A stretch of DNA of 64,000 nt, taken from NCBI GenBank assembly GCA_030688025.1, contig JAUYJL010000023.1:2562-66561 (forward strand). Direction: 5' to 3'. Shown here one piece after another: positions 39,717 through 48,191 of the stretch (position 1 is its first letter; the number at the start of each line of letters is the position of its first letter). A program made the position numbers and the translations under genes. This stretch comes from Candidatus Peregrinibacteria bacterium. GTDB taxonomy: Bacteria; Patescibacteriota; Gracilibacteria; UBA1369; LOWO2-01-FULL-3. Under the pieces are notes generated by a model. It ran no database searches and was not told the origin of the DNA. It saw only the letters and a list, made by a program, of their open reading frames with translations.

Positions 39717-40955
39717 ATGAAAATCGGAATTATAGGTGCAGGAGCGGCAGGAATGATGGCGGCGGCGACGATTGCGGAAAATTCGCAGGGCAATGCCGAT
39801 GTGTTTTTGATAGAAAAAAATGATGGCATTGGAAAAAAAGTCGAAATTACCGGAGGCGGAAGATGTAATGTGACTACCGGCCTTCGTGACATCAAAGAAG
39901 TTTTGAAAAAATATCCGAGAGGTTCGAATTTTTTGAAATTTGCGATGCATAATTTTTCGCCTGAAGATGTTTTCAAGTGGGTCTCTGCTCATGGTGTGCC
40001 TTTGAAAACTGAGGAGGACATGCGTGTTTTTCCAAAATCCAATAACGGCAAAGATATCACAAAACTTTTTAATAATATTTTCGAAGAGAAAAAAGTTAAT
40101 GTTTTACTGAAACATAATGTGGCTGAGGTTGGGATAAGAAATGAAAAATTTTATACTAAATTGTTGGACGGGCAAAATATAGTTTTTGATTTCTTGCTTT
40201 TGACGACAGGAGGGAATGCCTATAGCCATACAGGATCAACTGGAGATGGATACAATTTTGCGAAAGCTTTCGGACATAAAATAACTCAACTATCCCCTAG
40301 TTTGCATGCTTTTACTTTTGCTGAGAAATACGTAAAAGATCTTGCAGGAATTTCTTTCACAAATGCGAATTTAAAAATAAAAGGAGAAAAAACTTATGAG
40401 TTCAATGGTCCGTTTTTGTTTACACATAAAGGAATTACGGGGCCTGGAGTTTTTGCACTTTCGGCGATGGCGGCACATGAAAAATTTAACGATGGTAAAA
40501 CTTTTTTCTTTATAGATTTTTTCCCAGACAAAAAATATGAAGATGTTTTTGAAGGAATAAATCACGATGTTTTAGAAAATCCGAAGAAAGAATTTATAAA
40601 TGTTTTTAAGAATTTTGTTCCAAAGGCACTTGCTGAAATGATGTGTGCACTCGCTGAGGTAGGCAAAAAAAAGTGCTCTGAAATCAGCAAAAAAGATTTG
40701 AATAAACTCACCGAATTATTGAAAAATATGAAATTTAATATTTCTGGAAAAACTCCCAGCGAAGAATTTGTAACGGCAGGAGGAATTGATTTACGAGATA
40801 TAAATTCTAAAACTATGGAATCAAAAATCTGTCCAAATTTATATTTTGCCGGAGAAATTTTAGACATTGATGGATTTACAGGCGGGTTTAATTTGCAATC
40901 GGCGTGGTCTACTGGCAAACTTGCTGGAGAGAGTATTATAAAAAAAATAAAATAA
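39717..40955 (+). CDS. BaiN/HI0933-like NAD(P)/FAD-dependent oxidoreductase
   Basis: MKIGIIGAGAAGMMAA, ITGGGRCNVTT, FTHKGITGP, and YFAGEILDIDGFTGGFNLQSAWSTG. Confidence 0.88.
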   Translation: MKIGIIGAGAAGMMAAATIAENSQGNADVFLIEKNDGIGKKVEITGGGRCNVTTGLRDIKEVLKKYPRGSNFLKFAMHNFSPEDVFKWVSAHGVPLKTEEDMRVFPKSNNGKDITKLFNNIFEEKKVNVLLKHNVAEVGIRNEKFYTKLLDGQNIVFDFLLLTTGGNAYSHTGSTGDGYNFAKAFGHKITQLSPSLHAFTFAEKYVKDLAGISFTNANLKIKGEKTYEFNGPFLFTHKGITGPGVFALSAMAAHEKFNDGKTFFFIDFFPDKKYEDVFEGINHDVLENPKKEFINVFKNFVPKALAEMMCALAEVGKKKCSEISKKDLNKLTELLKNMKFNISGKTPSEEFVTAGGIDLRDINSKTMESKICPNLYFAGEILDIDGFTGGFNLQSAWSTGKLAGESIIKKIK

Positions 40956-40962
40956 ATAATTT

Positions 40963-42162
40963 ATGAAAAACTGGTTTAAAGGGATAACAAGAAATGTCGT
41001 TTTATTGGGATTTGTAAGCCTTTTTACTGACTTGACTAGTCAGATGATTTTCCCGTTGATTCCACTTTATCTTACTTCTGTTTTGGGCGCGAGTGCTGTA
41101 GTTGTCGGAGCTGTTGAAGGTGCCGCTGAGACTACTGCGTCACTTCTAAAAGTAGTTTCAGGATATTGGTCTGATAAAATTCAAAAAAGAAAACCATTTA
41201 TATTTTTGGGATATGGACTTTCTTCTATTACAAAGCCTCTTTTTGCAATCGCCACTTTTTGGCCTTTGGTTCTTGTAATCAGGGTCATAGAAAGAATTGG
41301 AAAAGGGATCAGAGGGGCACCTAGAGATGCAATCGTCACTGATTCATGCGAGCAAAAATATTATGGAAAAGCGTTTGGATTTCAGAGAGCAATGGATGGA
41401 GCTGGAAGCGTAATGGGAGCCATTTTAGCATGGTTGCTTTTACCAATTTTGGGATACAAAAATCTATTCCTAGCTTCTTTTTGGCCGGGACTTATCGTGA
41501 TTTTCTTTATTTATTTGGTTAAAGAAAAGAAACAGGAGAAAATTCCCGAAGCAGAAAAGCAGACTTTAAAATTGAGCATTAGTCTTCTTCCAAAAAATCT
41601 AAAACTTTTTGTTTTCATCTCTGCAATTTTTGCATTGGGACATTTTGGATATGCATTCTTGATTCTGAAAGCTAAATTTCTTGGATTTTCAGATAGTAAT
41701 TCGATTTTGCTTTATGTATTTTTCTATATTATTTATACAATTGTTACTACACCAGCTGGCGCACTTTCCGACAGAATTGGAAGAAAAATAGTTTTATCTA
41801 TAGGATTTCTGCTTTTTGCCCTTACTTCTTTTGGGCTTATCTTCGCGAATACTCTGCCTACACTTTTGCTCGCGTTTGCTGTCTATGGAGTGTTTTTCGC
41901 AATGGTCGATGGTGTTCAAAGAGCGTTTGTTGCTGACGTCGCACCAAAACATTTGAAAGCGACAGCTCTTGGACTTCTTCAAACTGCCATCGCCCTTACA
42001 GCTCTTCCTGGCGGACTTATTGCTGGTCTTCTTTGGGATAAATTTGGGCCTAATGCAACATTTATTTATGGGGGAACACTCGCTATTATTTCTTTCGTGA
42101 TGTTATTGTTCGTAAAAACAAAAAATGTTGAACCAGAAGGCGTTGCTGTTACTGAAATTTAA
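40963..42162 (+). CDS. MFS transporter
   Basis: 399 aa with about 12 hydrophobic helices and the loop motif GYWSDKIQKRKP. Confidence 0.85.
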   Translation: MKNWFKGITRNVVLLGFVSLFTDLTSQMIFPLIPLYLTSVLGASAVVVGAVEGAAETTASLLKVVSGYWSDKIQKRKPFIFLGYGLSSITKPLFAIATFWPLVLVIRVIERIGKGIRGAPRDAIVTDSCEQKYYGKAFGFQRAMDGAGSVMGAILAWLLLPILGYKNLFLASFWPGLIVIFFIYLVKEKKQEKIPEAEKQTLKLSISLLPKNLKLFVFISAIFALGHFGYAFLILKAKFLGFSDSNSILLYVFFYIIYTIVTTPAGALSDRIGRKIVLSIGFLLFALTSFGLIFANTLPTLLLAFAVYGVFFAMVDGVQRAFVADVAPKHLKATALGLLQTAIALTALPGGLIAGLLWDKFGPNATFIYGGTLAIISFVMLLFVKTKNVEPEGVAVTEI

Positions 42163-42637
42163 CAGGCAATTTGAATTCCTCGGCATTTTCTTTTAGTCCT
42201 GATGGATTGCTTTTTTCGAAGATTAAAAATCCTGTTTTTGACAATTTTTTATCAAAAGAAATCTGACCTTTGAATGGTATAAAATCTGCCGTCATCCAAT
42301 TCCCAAGGGCTCGCAGACTGCCATTTCCGAGTTCTGTTCCGTTTTCATCAACGACTTTCACGAAAGATACAGCTTCAAAGAACCATGTGCCTTTTGCGGT
42401 TCCTTCTATAGAAAGTGGACTTGAGATTTCCTCATCTGCTAGAGGTTTCGTGACAGTTATATTTTTATTTTTCGTAAGTGTGTTTTTTACTTCCTCCTCT
42501 TTTTTGGGCTCATCTGTTTTCAGACTATCAATTCCTTTCTCTTCAACTTCTGTTTTGCTTTGCATTGAAATTGCGATCCCCCAAATTATTGCCATACCTA
42601 AAATCAAACCAAGTAGAAAGAATATAAATTTTTTCAT
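42149..42637 (-). CDS. Gmad2 immunoglobulin-like domain protein (membrane anchored)
   Basis: SPLSIEGTAKGTWFFEAVSFVKVVDENGTELGNGSLRALGNWMTADFIPFKGQISF matches the Gmad2 pattern. An N-terminal TM helix is present. Confidence 0.75.
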   Translation of the reverse strand: MKKFIFFLLGLILGMAIIWGIAISMQSKTEVEEKGIDSLKTDEPKKEEEVKNTLTKNKNITVTKPLADEEISSPLSIEGTAKGTWFFEAVSFVKVVDENGTELGNGSLRALGNWMTADFIPFKGQISFDKKLSKTGFLIFEKSNPSGLKENAEEFKLPVKFQ

Positions 42638-42648
42638 AGAATTTGTTA

Positions 42649-43998
42649 TTATTTTGCAAGTTGTGCGGCCTCTTTTCTTAGTTTATCCAGTTGTAGATTT
42701 CCGGCACCTCCTTGATGCTGCGACTCTTTTAGCATTTTTACGATATTGTCTTTATCAATTCTCATTTTGTCTAAATGCAGGCCGACTTCTCTGTATGCGT
42801 CTCTAAAGTTTTTGCCTTTTTTTACCAATGCAAACGCTTTGTGAGTTGCGAAGAGTTCCGGAGTCATGTCTTTGTACAAAGATTTTTCGTTTGGAATTAA
42901 TTTCTTAACAATTATTGAAGCGACCTTCATTGACATTTCCGTGTAGCGTAAGCCCAAAAACAAAGGTCTTTTTATTTCTTGTCCGTCTCTGTGGTAGCCT
43001 GAAACTTTGTTTAAAATATTCATCGTAATTTCATTTCTGCAAGAAATTACAGTCGCTGTTCGTCCTCTTATCAGTTCCGCGACATCAAGATTTTTCTTTT
43101 GTGGCATGATTGAAGAACCTGTTCCTATTTCGTCAGTGATTGTGAAAAATTTAAATTCCTGAGTTGTGAAAAGAAGGAAGTCGCTCGCCATTTTATTTAA
43201 TGAGAGCATTATTTGGCAACATGCTTCCAAGACCATTCCTTCGATTTTTCCGCGTGAGTTGTGGCAATAAATTACATTGCTCTGTGTGCGTGATAATCCC
43301 AAATCTTTTGACAATAAATCTCTGTCAAAGGCGAATGGAGAACCATATCCAGCCCCACTTCCAAGAGGATTTTGATCAACTAAAACATCGCTTATTGCAG
43401 ACATAATTTTGATGTCGTCGAGTAAGCTTTCCGCGAAGGATCCGTACCATGTTCCGAGTGTTGTAGGCATCGCTTTTTGCATGTGTGTAAATCCCGGCAT
43501 TGGGACAAATTCATGCTTTTGTGCCATGTCTAAAAGATCATTCACAAGCACCAAGGCAAGCGACTTCATCTCTTTCATTTTATCTTTTATGAAAAGTCTC
43601 ATCGTCACCAAAATCTGATCATTTCGTGAACGTGCCGTGTGAATTTTTTTACCGATATCTCCATGATGATCTGTCAGATAATTTTCTATTTTTGTATGAC
43701 AATCTTCGTCTTCCACTTTTAGTTGGAATTTTCCTGCTTTATACAGAGCCATTATTTCATCCAATCCTTTTTTCAAGACTATAAGATCCTTGTCTGTCAA
43801 AATTCCATGTCTGTTTAGCATTTTCCCGTAAGCGTATGAACCTTGAACGTCATAAGGAATAAGTTCCTGATCATAAATAACGTCGTCGCCGGAATTATAT
43901 AATTCTATAGTTGGGTTCAGTGTAAAACCTTTTTTCTGCCAAAGTTTTTTCTGGGCAGGCTCTTTTTTTGTTTTTGTCTTCGGGATTTTCTTAGTCAT
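42649..43998 (-). CDS. argH: Argininosuccinate lyase (fumarate lyase superfamily)
   Basis: TARSRNDQ, GFTHMQKAMPTTLG, GSSIMPQKKNLDVAELIRG (signature region). Confidence 0.85.
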   Translation of the reverse strand: MTKKIPKTKTKKEPAQKKLWQKKGFTLNPTIELYNSGDDVIYDQELIPYDVQGSYAYGKMLNRHGILTDKDLIVLKKGLDEIMALYKAGKFQLKVEDEDCHTKIENYLTDHHGDIGKKIHTARSRNDQILVTMRLFIKDKMKEMKSLALVLVNDLLDMAQKHEFVPMPGFTHMQKAMPTTLGTWYGSFAESLLDDIKIMSAISDVLVDQNPLGSGAGYGSPFAFDRDLLSKDLGLSRTQSNVIYCHNSRGKIEGMVLEACCQIMLSLNKMASDFLLFTTQEFKFFTITDEIGTGSSIMPQKKNLDVAELIRGRTATVISCRNEITMNILNKVSGYHRDGQEIKRPLFLGLRYTEMSMKVASIIVKKLIPNEKSLYKDMTPELFATHKAFALVKKGKNFRDAYREVGLHLDKMRIDKDNIVKMLKESQHQGGAGNLQLDKLRKEAAQLAK

Positions 43999-44009
43999 GG
44001 CAAAAAAAA

Positions 44010-45017
44010 TTATTGATTAAGTTTCATTGTTTTAAGTCCGTTTGTTGTGGCCATTTGTGCCAGTTTTTCGATGTCGTAAAATCTCACTGCGCTCGCAAGC
44101 ATGAGCACTTCTTCAAATAAATCTCCGTTGTCTTCAGGGACAAAAATGTCTGAGATATTGTCTGTTCCAAGTGAAACATTGATTCCATGCTCGAGCATTT
44201 CGTCGACCTGTGCAATCGAGTTGTGAAGTGGTGATAATTTATCTTTGTGCTGTTTCATACTGATTGCCGCCTTTGGACAAACTGTTACGTTTACGCCAAG
44301 TTCTGCCATTTTTTTGTATATTCTTTTTCTGTCTGATTCCATTTGTGCAGCAACAGAAATCGCGTGAACAAAAGTCACCCGTCCCTGCATTCCCGATTTT
44401 TCTATTGTGTCTAAAATCCATTCGCTGTCTTTTTCTTCCGGATTGTTTTCCTGATCCACGTGCATATCAATATCTTTGTTGAAATTTTTTGCCATGCTTA
44501 TCAAGAAATCCATATGTTTTTTATCTCCATCCGCTTTATTTCTATCTCTGGATGGAAGTCCTCCGACTACGTCACAAATCGCGCATGCTTTTTCAAATAG
44601 GTCCATTTTTTCTTTGCTAGGAGCCGTTCTGTCCTCATTCAAAAATCCCTCCAATGGATGAGCTACGAGTTGAAGGGTGAATTTTCCTTTATATTTTTCT
44701 CTAACCTCTGCCGCTGTATCTACTACCAGCATTCCCACTATGCTATCGGCATCAACGTGGGTTCTGCAGGCCGTGATTCCCTGCTTGATAAAATCCTCAA
44801 TACAAAATGTGAGTCTTTCTGTCAGCGATTCTTTTGTGTGCTTTCTTTTTATCTCGCGATTTAAAACCCATTTTTCCTCCATCAATGCAGAAGCTTGCTT
44901 CCAAATTTCAGGAGTAAGTGTATATGCCCGATCGAGATGTGCATGGCAATTAGCCATTCCTTTGGCCTTTTTAACCTCTTCAAAAAAAAGTTCTTTGAAC
45001 GGAAATTTCTGTATCAT
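44010..45017 (-). CDS. Amidohydrolase superfamily protein, cytosine deaminase-like
   Basis: Metal ligand pattern: NCHAHLDR, RTHVD, DMHVDQ, TFVHAIS, GTDNISD. Confidence 0.72.
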   Translation of the reverse strand: MIQKFPFKELFFEEVKKAKGMANCHAHLDRAYTLTPEIWKQASALMEEKWVLNREIKRKHTKESLTERLTFCIEDFIKQGITACRTHVDADSIVGMLVVDTAAEVREKYKGKFTLQLVAHPLEGFLNEDRTAPSKEKMDLFEKACAICDVVGGLPSRDRNKADGDKKHMDFLISMAKNFNKDIDMHVDQENNPEEKDSEWILDTIEKSGMQGRVTFVHAISVAAQMESDRKRIYKKMAELGVNVTVCPKAAISMKQHKDKLSPLHNSIAQVDEMLEHGINVSLGTDNISDIFVPEDNGDLFEEVLMLASAVRFYDIEKLAQMATTNGLKTMKLNQ

Positions 45018-45090
45018 GGCAAAATTTTTTACGAAAACTTGGTTTTATTCATTTTCGTTGTATTTGGGGGAAATTGCAAGAGGAGAAGTT

Positions 45091-45330
45091 CTAGAGTTTT
45101 TTGTAAATATCTTTGCGGTGATCTATGTTCACCAAGATATTTTGACCACCTTCTATTTTGTAAACTAAACGTAACGTTCCTGAACGAATACGATAGTAGT
45201 TGCTGAATCCGGCAAGTTTTTTTGGCTTTAACTTGGCAAGATCATTGTTTATGATTTTTTGCCAAATCCCAAAGATTACTGCTCTTCTCTTTGCATTTAA
45301 TTTGTCTAATATTTTTTGCATTTTATCCAT
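45091..45330 (-). CDS. RelE/ParE family toxin
   Basis: The 79 aa end in YYRIRSGTLRLVYKIEGGQNILVNIDHRKDIYKKL. The gene overlaps the upstream antitoxin gene by 8 nt. Confidence 0.75.
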   Translation of the reverse strand: MDKMQKILDKLNAKRRAVIFGIWQKIINNDLAKLKPKKLAGFSNYYRIRSGTLRLVYKIEGGQNILVNIDHRKDIYKKL

Positions 45331-45559
45331 CCATTTTTTTTATAGCTTGCTTGAATTTCTCAAAATCTAGTCCGCTTTCACAATAAATCCCAAAACTTTT
45401 TTCATCTTCATAATAAACTGTTTCGTCCTTAACCAAGGGCTTAATGAGCAATCCATCTTTGGTTTCTTCGGCGATGAACTTGGTTGTCTTGTATTTATTC
45501 CTCCAAACTTTTGGTAAAGTAATTTGTCCTGTATTAAACATAGATAAAGTGTAAATCAT
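45323..45559 (-). CDS. AbrB/MazE (SpoVT-AbrB) type antitoxin
   Basis: MFNTGQITLPKVWRNKYKTTKFIAEETKDGLLIKPL is a swapped-hairpin DNA-binding pattern. Confidence 0.75.
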   Translation of the reverse strand: MIYTLSMFNTGQITLPKVWRNKYKTTKFIAEETKDGLLIKPLVKDETVYYEDEKSFGIYCESGLDFEKFKQAIKKMDG

Positions 45560-45564
45560 AGTAA

Positions 45565-45595
45565 AATTAGTTAATTTGATTAATTTAGTTAATCC
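45565..45595. promoter_or_regulatory. Repeat/palindrome cluster upstream of the toxin-antitoxin operon (possible operator)
   Basis: aattagTTAATttgATTAAtttagttaatcc: TTAGTTAAT occurs twice, around a TTAAT-N3-ATTAA palindrome, 6-36 nt upstream of the antitoxin start. Confidence 0.35.
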
Positions 45596-45730
45596 TACTA
45601 TGGGATTGATAAAAACACAAGCATTGTTGCATATGGATTTAAAATTTTCGTTAAATAATTCTAAAATCCTGAGATTGGAAAAATGGAATCAGTGGACGTT
45701 TTTATATTTTTTGTTATGCCACAGATATCG

Positions 45731-46687
45731 TCAAAGATTAAGTCTTTCCAAAACTACCCAATCAAAATATTTTTGATATTCTTCATCACAATGTTTCTTT
45801 ATAAGTCCGCTGTAGCTTGAGATGTTTGCATGATTTAGCTTTTGCGTAGCACGTTTCAAGCTTCGTTTGTTTAAGATTCTGCCTGCCGGCAAAAGATTTA
45901 TTCCTAAAAACTTTAGCGTGTGCGAAGGTTTTATAATTTTATCGCTTTTTGGATTTACCGTTAATTTTAATTCATTTTTTAAAAAATTTATTGTTTCTAC
46001 TCTAAAAAAATTCAATTTTTCTGCATCATTTTCGAGCAAAATAAAATCATCGCCATAGCGTAAATATTCCTTTGGCTTCAAAGTATGTTTTACAAATCTA
46101 TCGAGCTCGTTCAGATAAATATTTGCAAAAATTTGGCTTGTGAGATTCCCGATCGGCATGCCTATTTTTTCATATTTGATGCTACCGAAGTTTCGAATAA
46201 TTTCACGTATTAAGTTGATAGTTATTTTATCTCTTATTTTCCGATCCAAAATTCCAAGTAGAATTTCCTGATCGACGCTGTCGAAAAACTTCCTTACATC
46301 GCATTTCCAGATATAACTATTCGGATAACACCGTAGAAATGTTTGGGTTCTTTCTATCGCGGCCATCAGCCCTTTTTTAAGCCTGCATGACCACGCATCG
46401 TAAATAAAAGTTTTGTCATATATTTTGTTTAAATAATCGTAAATAAGTCTATGCACCACTCTGTCGCGAATATCAGCCACTGAAATTTCTCTTTTTTTAT
46501 TGTCACAAACGATAAATTTTCGATATCCACCATGCTTATATTTTTCTGAATTCAGGTCGAGGAAAAGCGTATAAAGATTTTTCTCCAAGTTGTATTGGAA
46601 ATATTGTAATTCGGAGGTAGAGTGCTTTCCTTTTCTGAAAACAAACCAGCTTCCCCAAATATTTTTTAAACTTAAATCTATGGACAT
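45731..46687 (-). CDS. Reverse transcriptase, DGR type
   Basis: 318 aa. N-terminal FRKGKHSTSELQYFQYNLEKNLYTLFLDL, RKFIVCDNKKREISVADIRDRVVHRLIY, DAWSCRLKKGLMAAI, motif 4 GMPIGNLTSQIFANIYLNELD ([ILV]GxxxSQ, the DGR hallmark) and the YxDD box LRYGDDFILL. No maturase or endonuclease extension. Confidence 0.85.
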   Translation of the reverse strand: MSIDLSLKNIWGSWFVFRKGKHSTSELQYFQYNLEKNLYTLFLDLNSEKYKHGGYRKFIVCDNKKREISVADIRDRVVHRLIYDYLNKIYDKTFIYDAWSCRLKKGLMAAIERTQTFLRCYPNSYIWKCDVRKFFDSVDQEILLGILDRKIRDKITINLIREIIRNFGSIKYEKIGMPIGNLTSQIFANIYLNELDRFVKHTLKPKEYLRYGDDFILLENDAEKLNFFRVETINFLKNELKLTVNPKSDKIIKPSHTLKFLGINLLPAGRILNKRSLKRATQKLNHANISSYSGLIKKHCDEEYQKYFDWVVLERLNL

Positions 46688-46919
46688 ATTTCCGATAATT
46701 AACAGGTGTTACGAAACGTATAAGCTACTTATAATCTTGAACGGTGGATTAAGCAAAAAGATGAGGTATTCCCTTGGAACATCCGTTGAAAACAACACCC
46801 TTGAGCTCTTGGATTTATTGATATTGGCAAAAAATGCACCGGAGACAAGAAAAGACGCATTTTTTGACCAAACCCATCCGTTCCACCAATTCAGTCGCAA
46901 CCGATTGGTTTTTCTGTGA
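46680..46919 (+). CDS. Avd-like (four-helix-bundle accessory variability determinant) ORF, short and on the opposite strand
   Basis: MDIFPIINRCYETYKLLIILNGGLSKKMRYSLGTSVENNTLELLDLLILAKNAPETRKDAFFDQ... follows the Avd / 23S-IVS four-helix-bundle pattern (..CY..., K..RY.LG..xEN..L.LL..I..A). It is only 79 aa against the usual 110-130. Its ATG overlaps the RT start by 8 nt, divergently. Confidence 0.5.
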   Translation: MDIFPIINRCYETYKLLIILNGGLSKKMRYSLGTSVENNTLELLDLLILAKNAPETRKDAFFDQTHPFHQFSRNRLVFL

Positions 46920-47061
46920 GAATTGAGCTTGGCTCAAACGTGGTGGTTTATGTGCTTTTTATTTGCGGTAGCCTTGCCTATCTTAAGGGCAGGTGTCTAT
47001 TCACCGCGCACCAAAGATTAAAGCAAAAAAGACAAAGAAAAGTCAAATCTCAAAATTCAAT

Positions 47062-48153
47062 TTACCCCACCACCACGGGACGAACACGGGCGTAATCGCA
47101 ACCAACCTCCGGATAGAGCTCACGGAAATTGACCCTAAAGTCACCATACCAAGGGTTGCGGCCATAGGCGCCGGAGACAAGATTGTCATCTCCGATTATT
47201 TTGTGGGAAGCATTTTCTTCAGATAGCATTGTCCATCCATTTAAATCCAATATATCTTTGGCTTGCGCTTGTAGCACAGCATATTCTCTAGGAGTCACTG
47301 TTCTTGTAAGTTTTGCTAAATCGCTTCCTTCCCATGTTTCGACTATATCTCTAAGTTTTCCTTGTCTATTTTGAGGTTCTTGCGTCATTTCCCCTATTCC
47401 AAACTTATACTGCGCAGGTTGTCCTTTTCTTTCCTCTATTAGGGCTTTATCTTGCTCAGAAAATGCTTTTTTCCTGCTATCGCTGGTAAAAACGTCATCC
47501 TGTCTTCGTCTTTTTTTGTTTGCATTCAAAAACCCTACATAAGATTCGAATGACTGCATTTCAGGAGGCAAAACTACAAGTCCCGGAACTTGTATATTTC
47601 TCATCAATGCCTCTATTTGTTCAGGAGTAAAACGATTTGTCATCGTCATTGCTTGCAAAATTTCACTGTCTGTCGGGATTTCAATCCTTGCATTCGCGAA
47701 GGCTTTTCTTACGCTTGGCAGTGCTTGTCCTATTGTTGCTTCAAGATATTTCTTATGCTCAGATGTGTGTGGACTTTTGCTTAGAAGGATTAGCGGACCT
47801 TTGGAAGGTGTAGTTGTGGCTGGGGCAGCCGGAGAAGTTTCTGTAGTGGACGCGTCTGTAGCCTCGACAGCTGGAGATGTTGCTGTGTCTGTTTCGAGAT
47901 TAACGTCTATCGCTCCCCTTAGGGCTTCGTCTAAGGTATCATTGTAGTCTTTTCTGTGAGCTCCAACTATAAGTTTGATCGCCATCAAAATTTGATCGCC
48001 TGATGCATTTTCCACTCCTGACACTTGAAGTGATTCTTTTGCTGTGACAATCAATTGTTCAGTATCGTAAGCTAATTTTGAATCCGAAGAATCAAATTCT
48101 GTTTCGCGTTTTTGTTCTCCCTCAAATCCTTCTGGTAGTTCATTGAATTCCAT
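47062..48153 (-). CDS. Hypothetical protein (363 aa); candidate DGR variable protein
   Basis: An acidic N terminus and a Thr/Ser/Pro/Ala linker are followed by a C terminus ...LNGWTMLSEENASHKIIGDDNLVSGAYGRNPWYGDFRVNFRELYPEVGCDYARVRPVVVG*. That end loosely resembles the end of C-type-lectin-fold DGR targets. The gene ends 375 nt upstream of the RT on the same strand. Confidence 0.65.
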   Translation of the reverse strand: MEFNELPEGFEGEQKRETEFDSSDSKLAYDTEQLIVTAKESLQVSGVENASGDQILMAIKLIVGAHRKDYNDTLDEALRGAIDVNLETDTATSPAVEATDASTTETSPAAPATTTPSKGPLILLSKSPHTSEHKKYLEATIGQALPSVRKAFANARIEIPTDSEILQAMTMTNRFTPEQIEALMRNIQVPGLVVLPPEMQSFESYVGFLNANKKRRRQDDVFTSDSRKKAFSEQDKALIEERKGQPAQYKFGIGEMTQEPQNRQGKLRDIVETWEGSDLAKLTRTVTPREYAVLQAQAKDILDLNGWTMLSEENASHKIIGDDNLVSGAYGRNPWYGDFRVNFRELYPEVGCDYARVRPVVVG

Positions 48154-48191
48154 AATTGTGATTATTATAAACTAGGAGAGTATTAAACACC

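Larger units (their letters stand above)
45731..48153 (-). mobile_element. Diversity-generating retroelement (DGR) locus: RT, Avd-like ORF, candidate variable protein; TR/VR not resolved
   Basis: See the component features and findings. The RT call is strong. The other components are inferred from context. Confidence 0.6.

Noticed and set aside
46709-46900. Minus-strand 63-aa ORF as a real gene or as an active TR
   Set aside because: Similarity to the target C terminus is limited to three short blocks with indels and non-adenine mismatches. The opposite strand gives a much more convincing Avd-like translation. I kept it as a low-interest finding only.
46917-47019. TGA read-through or an alternative genetic code extending the Avd-like ORF to about 113 aa
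   Set aside because: The read-through sequence (ELSLAQTWWFMCFLFAVALPIL...) is hydrophobic and unlike Avd helices. Long ORFs throughout the window are intact under the standard code, and TGA is used as a real stop (for example the aspartate kinase), so TGA recoding is unlikely.
46920-47061. This interval as the DGR template repeat (either strand) paired with the last ~140 nt of 47062..48153
   Set aside because: Hand alignment anchored on the shared strings (tcgcaacc, ttgcgg, and cgtggtggt in inverted orientation) gives unequal spacings (60 versus 52 nt). Mismatches occur at all bases, not only at adenines.
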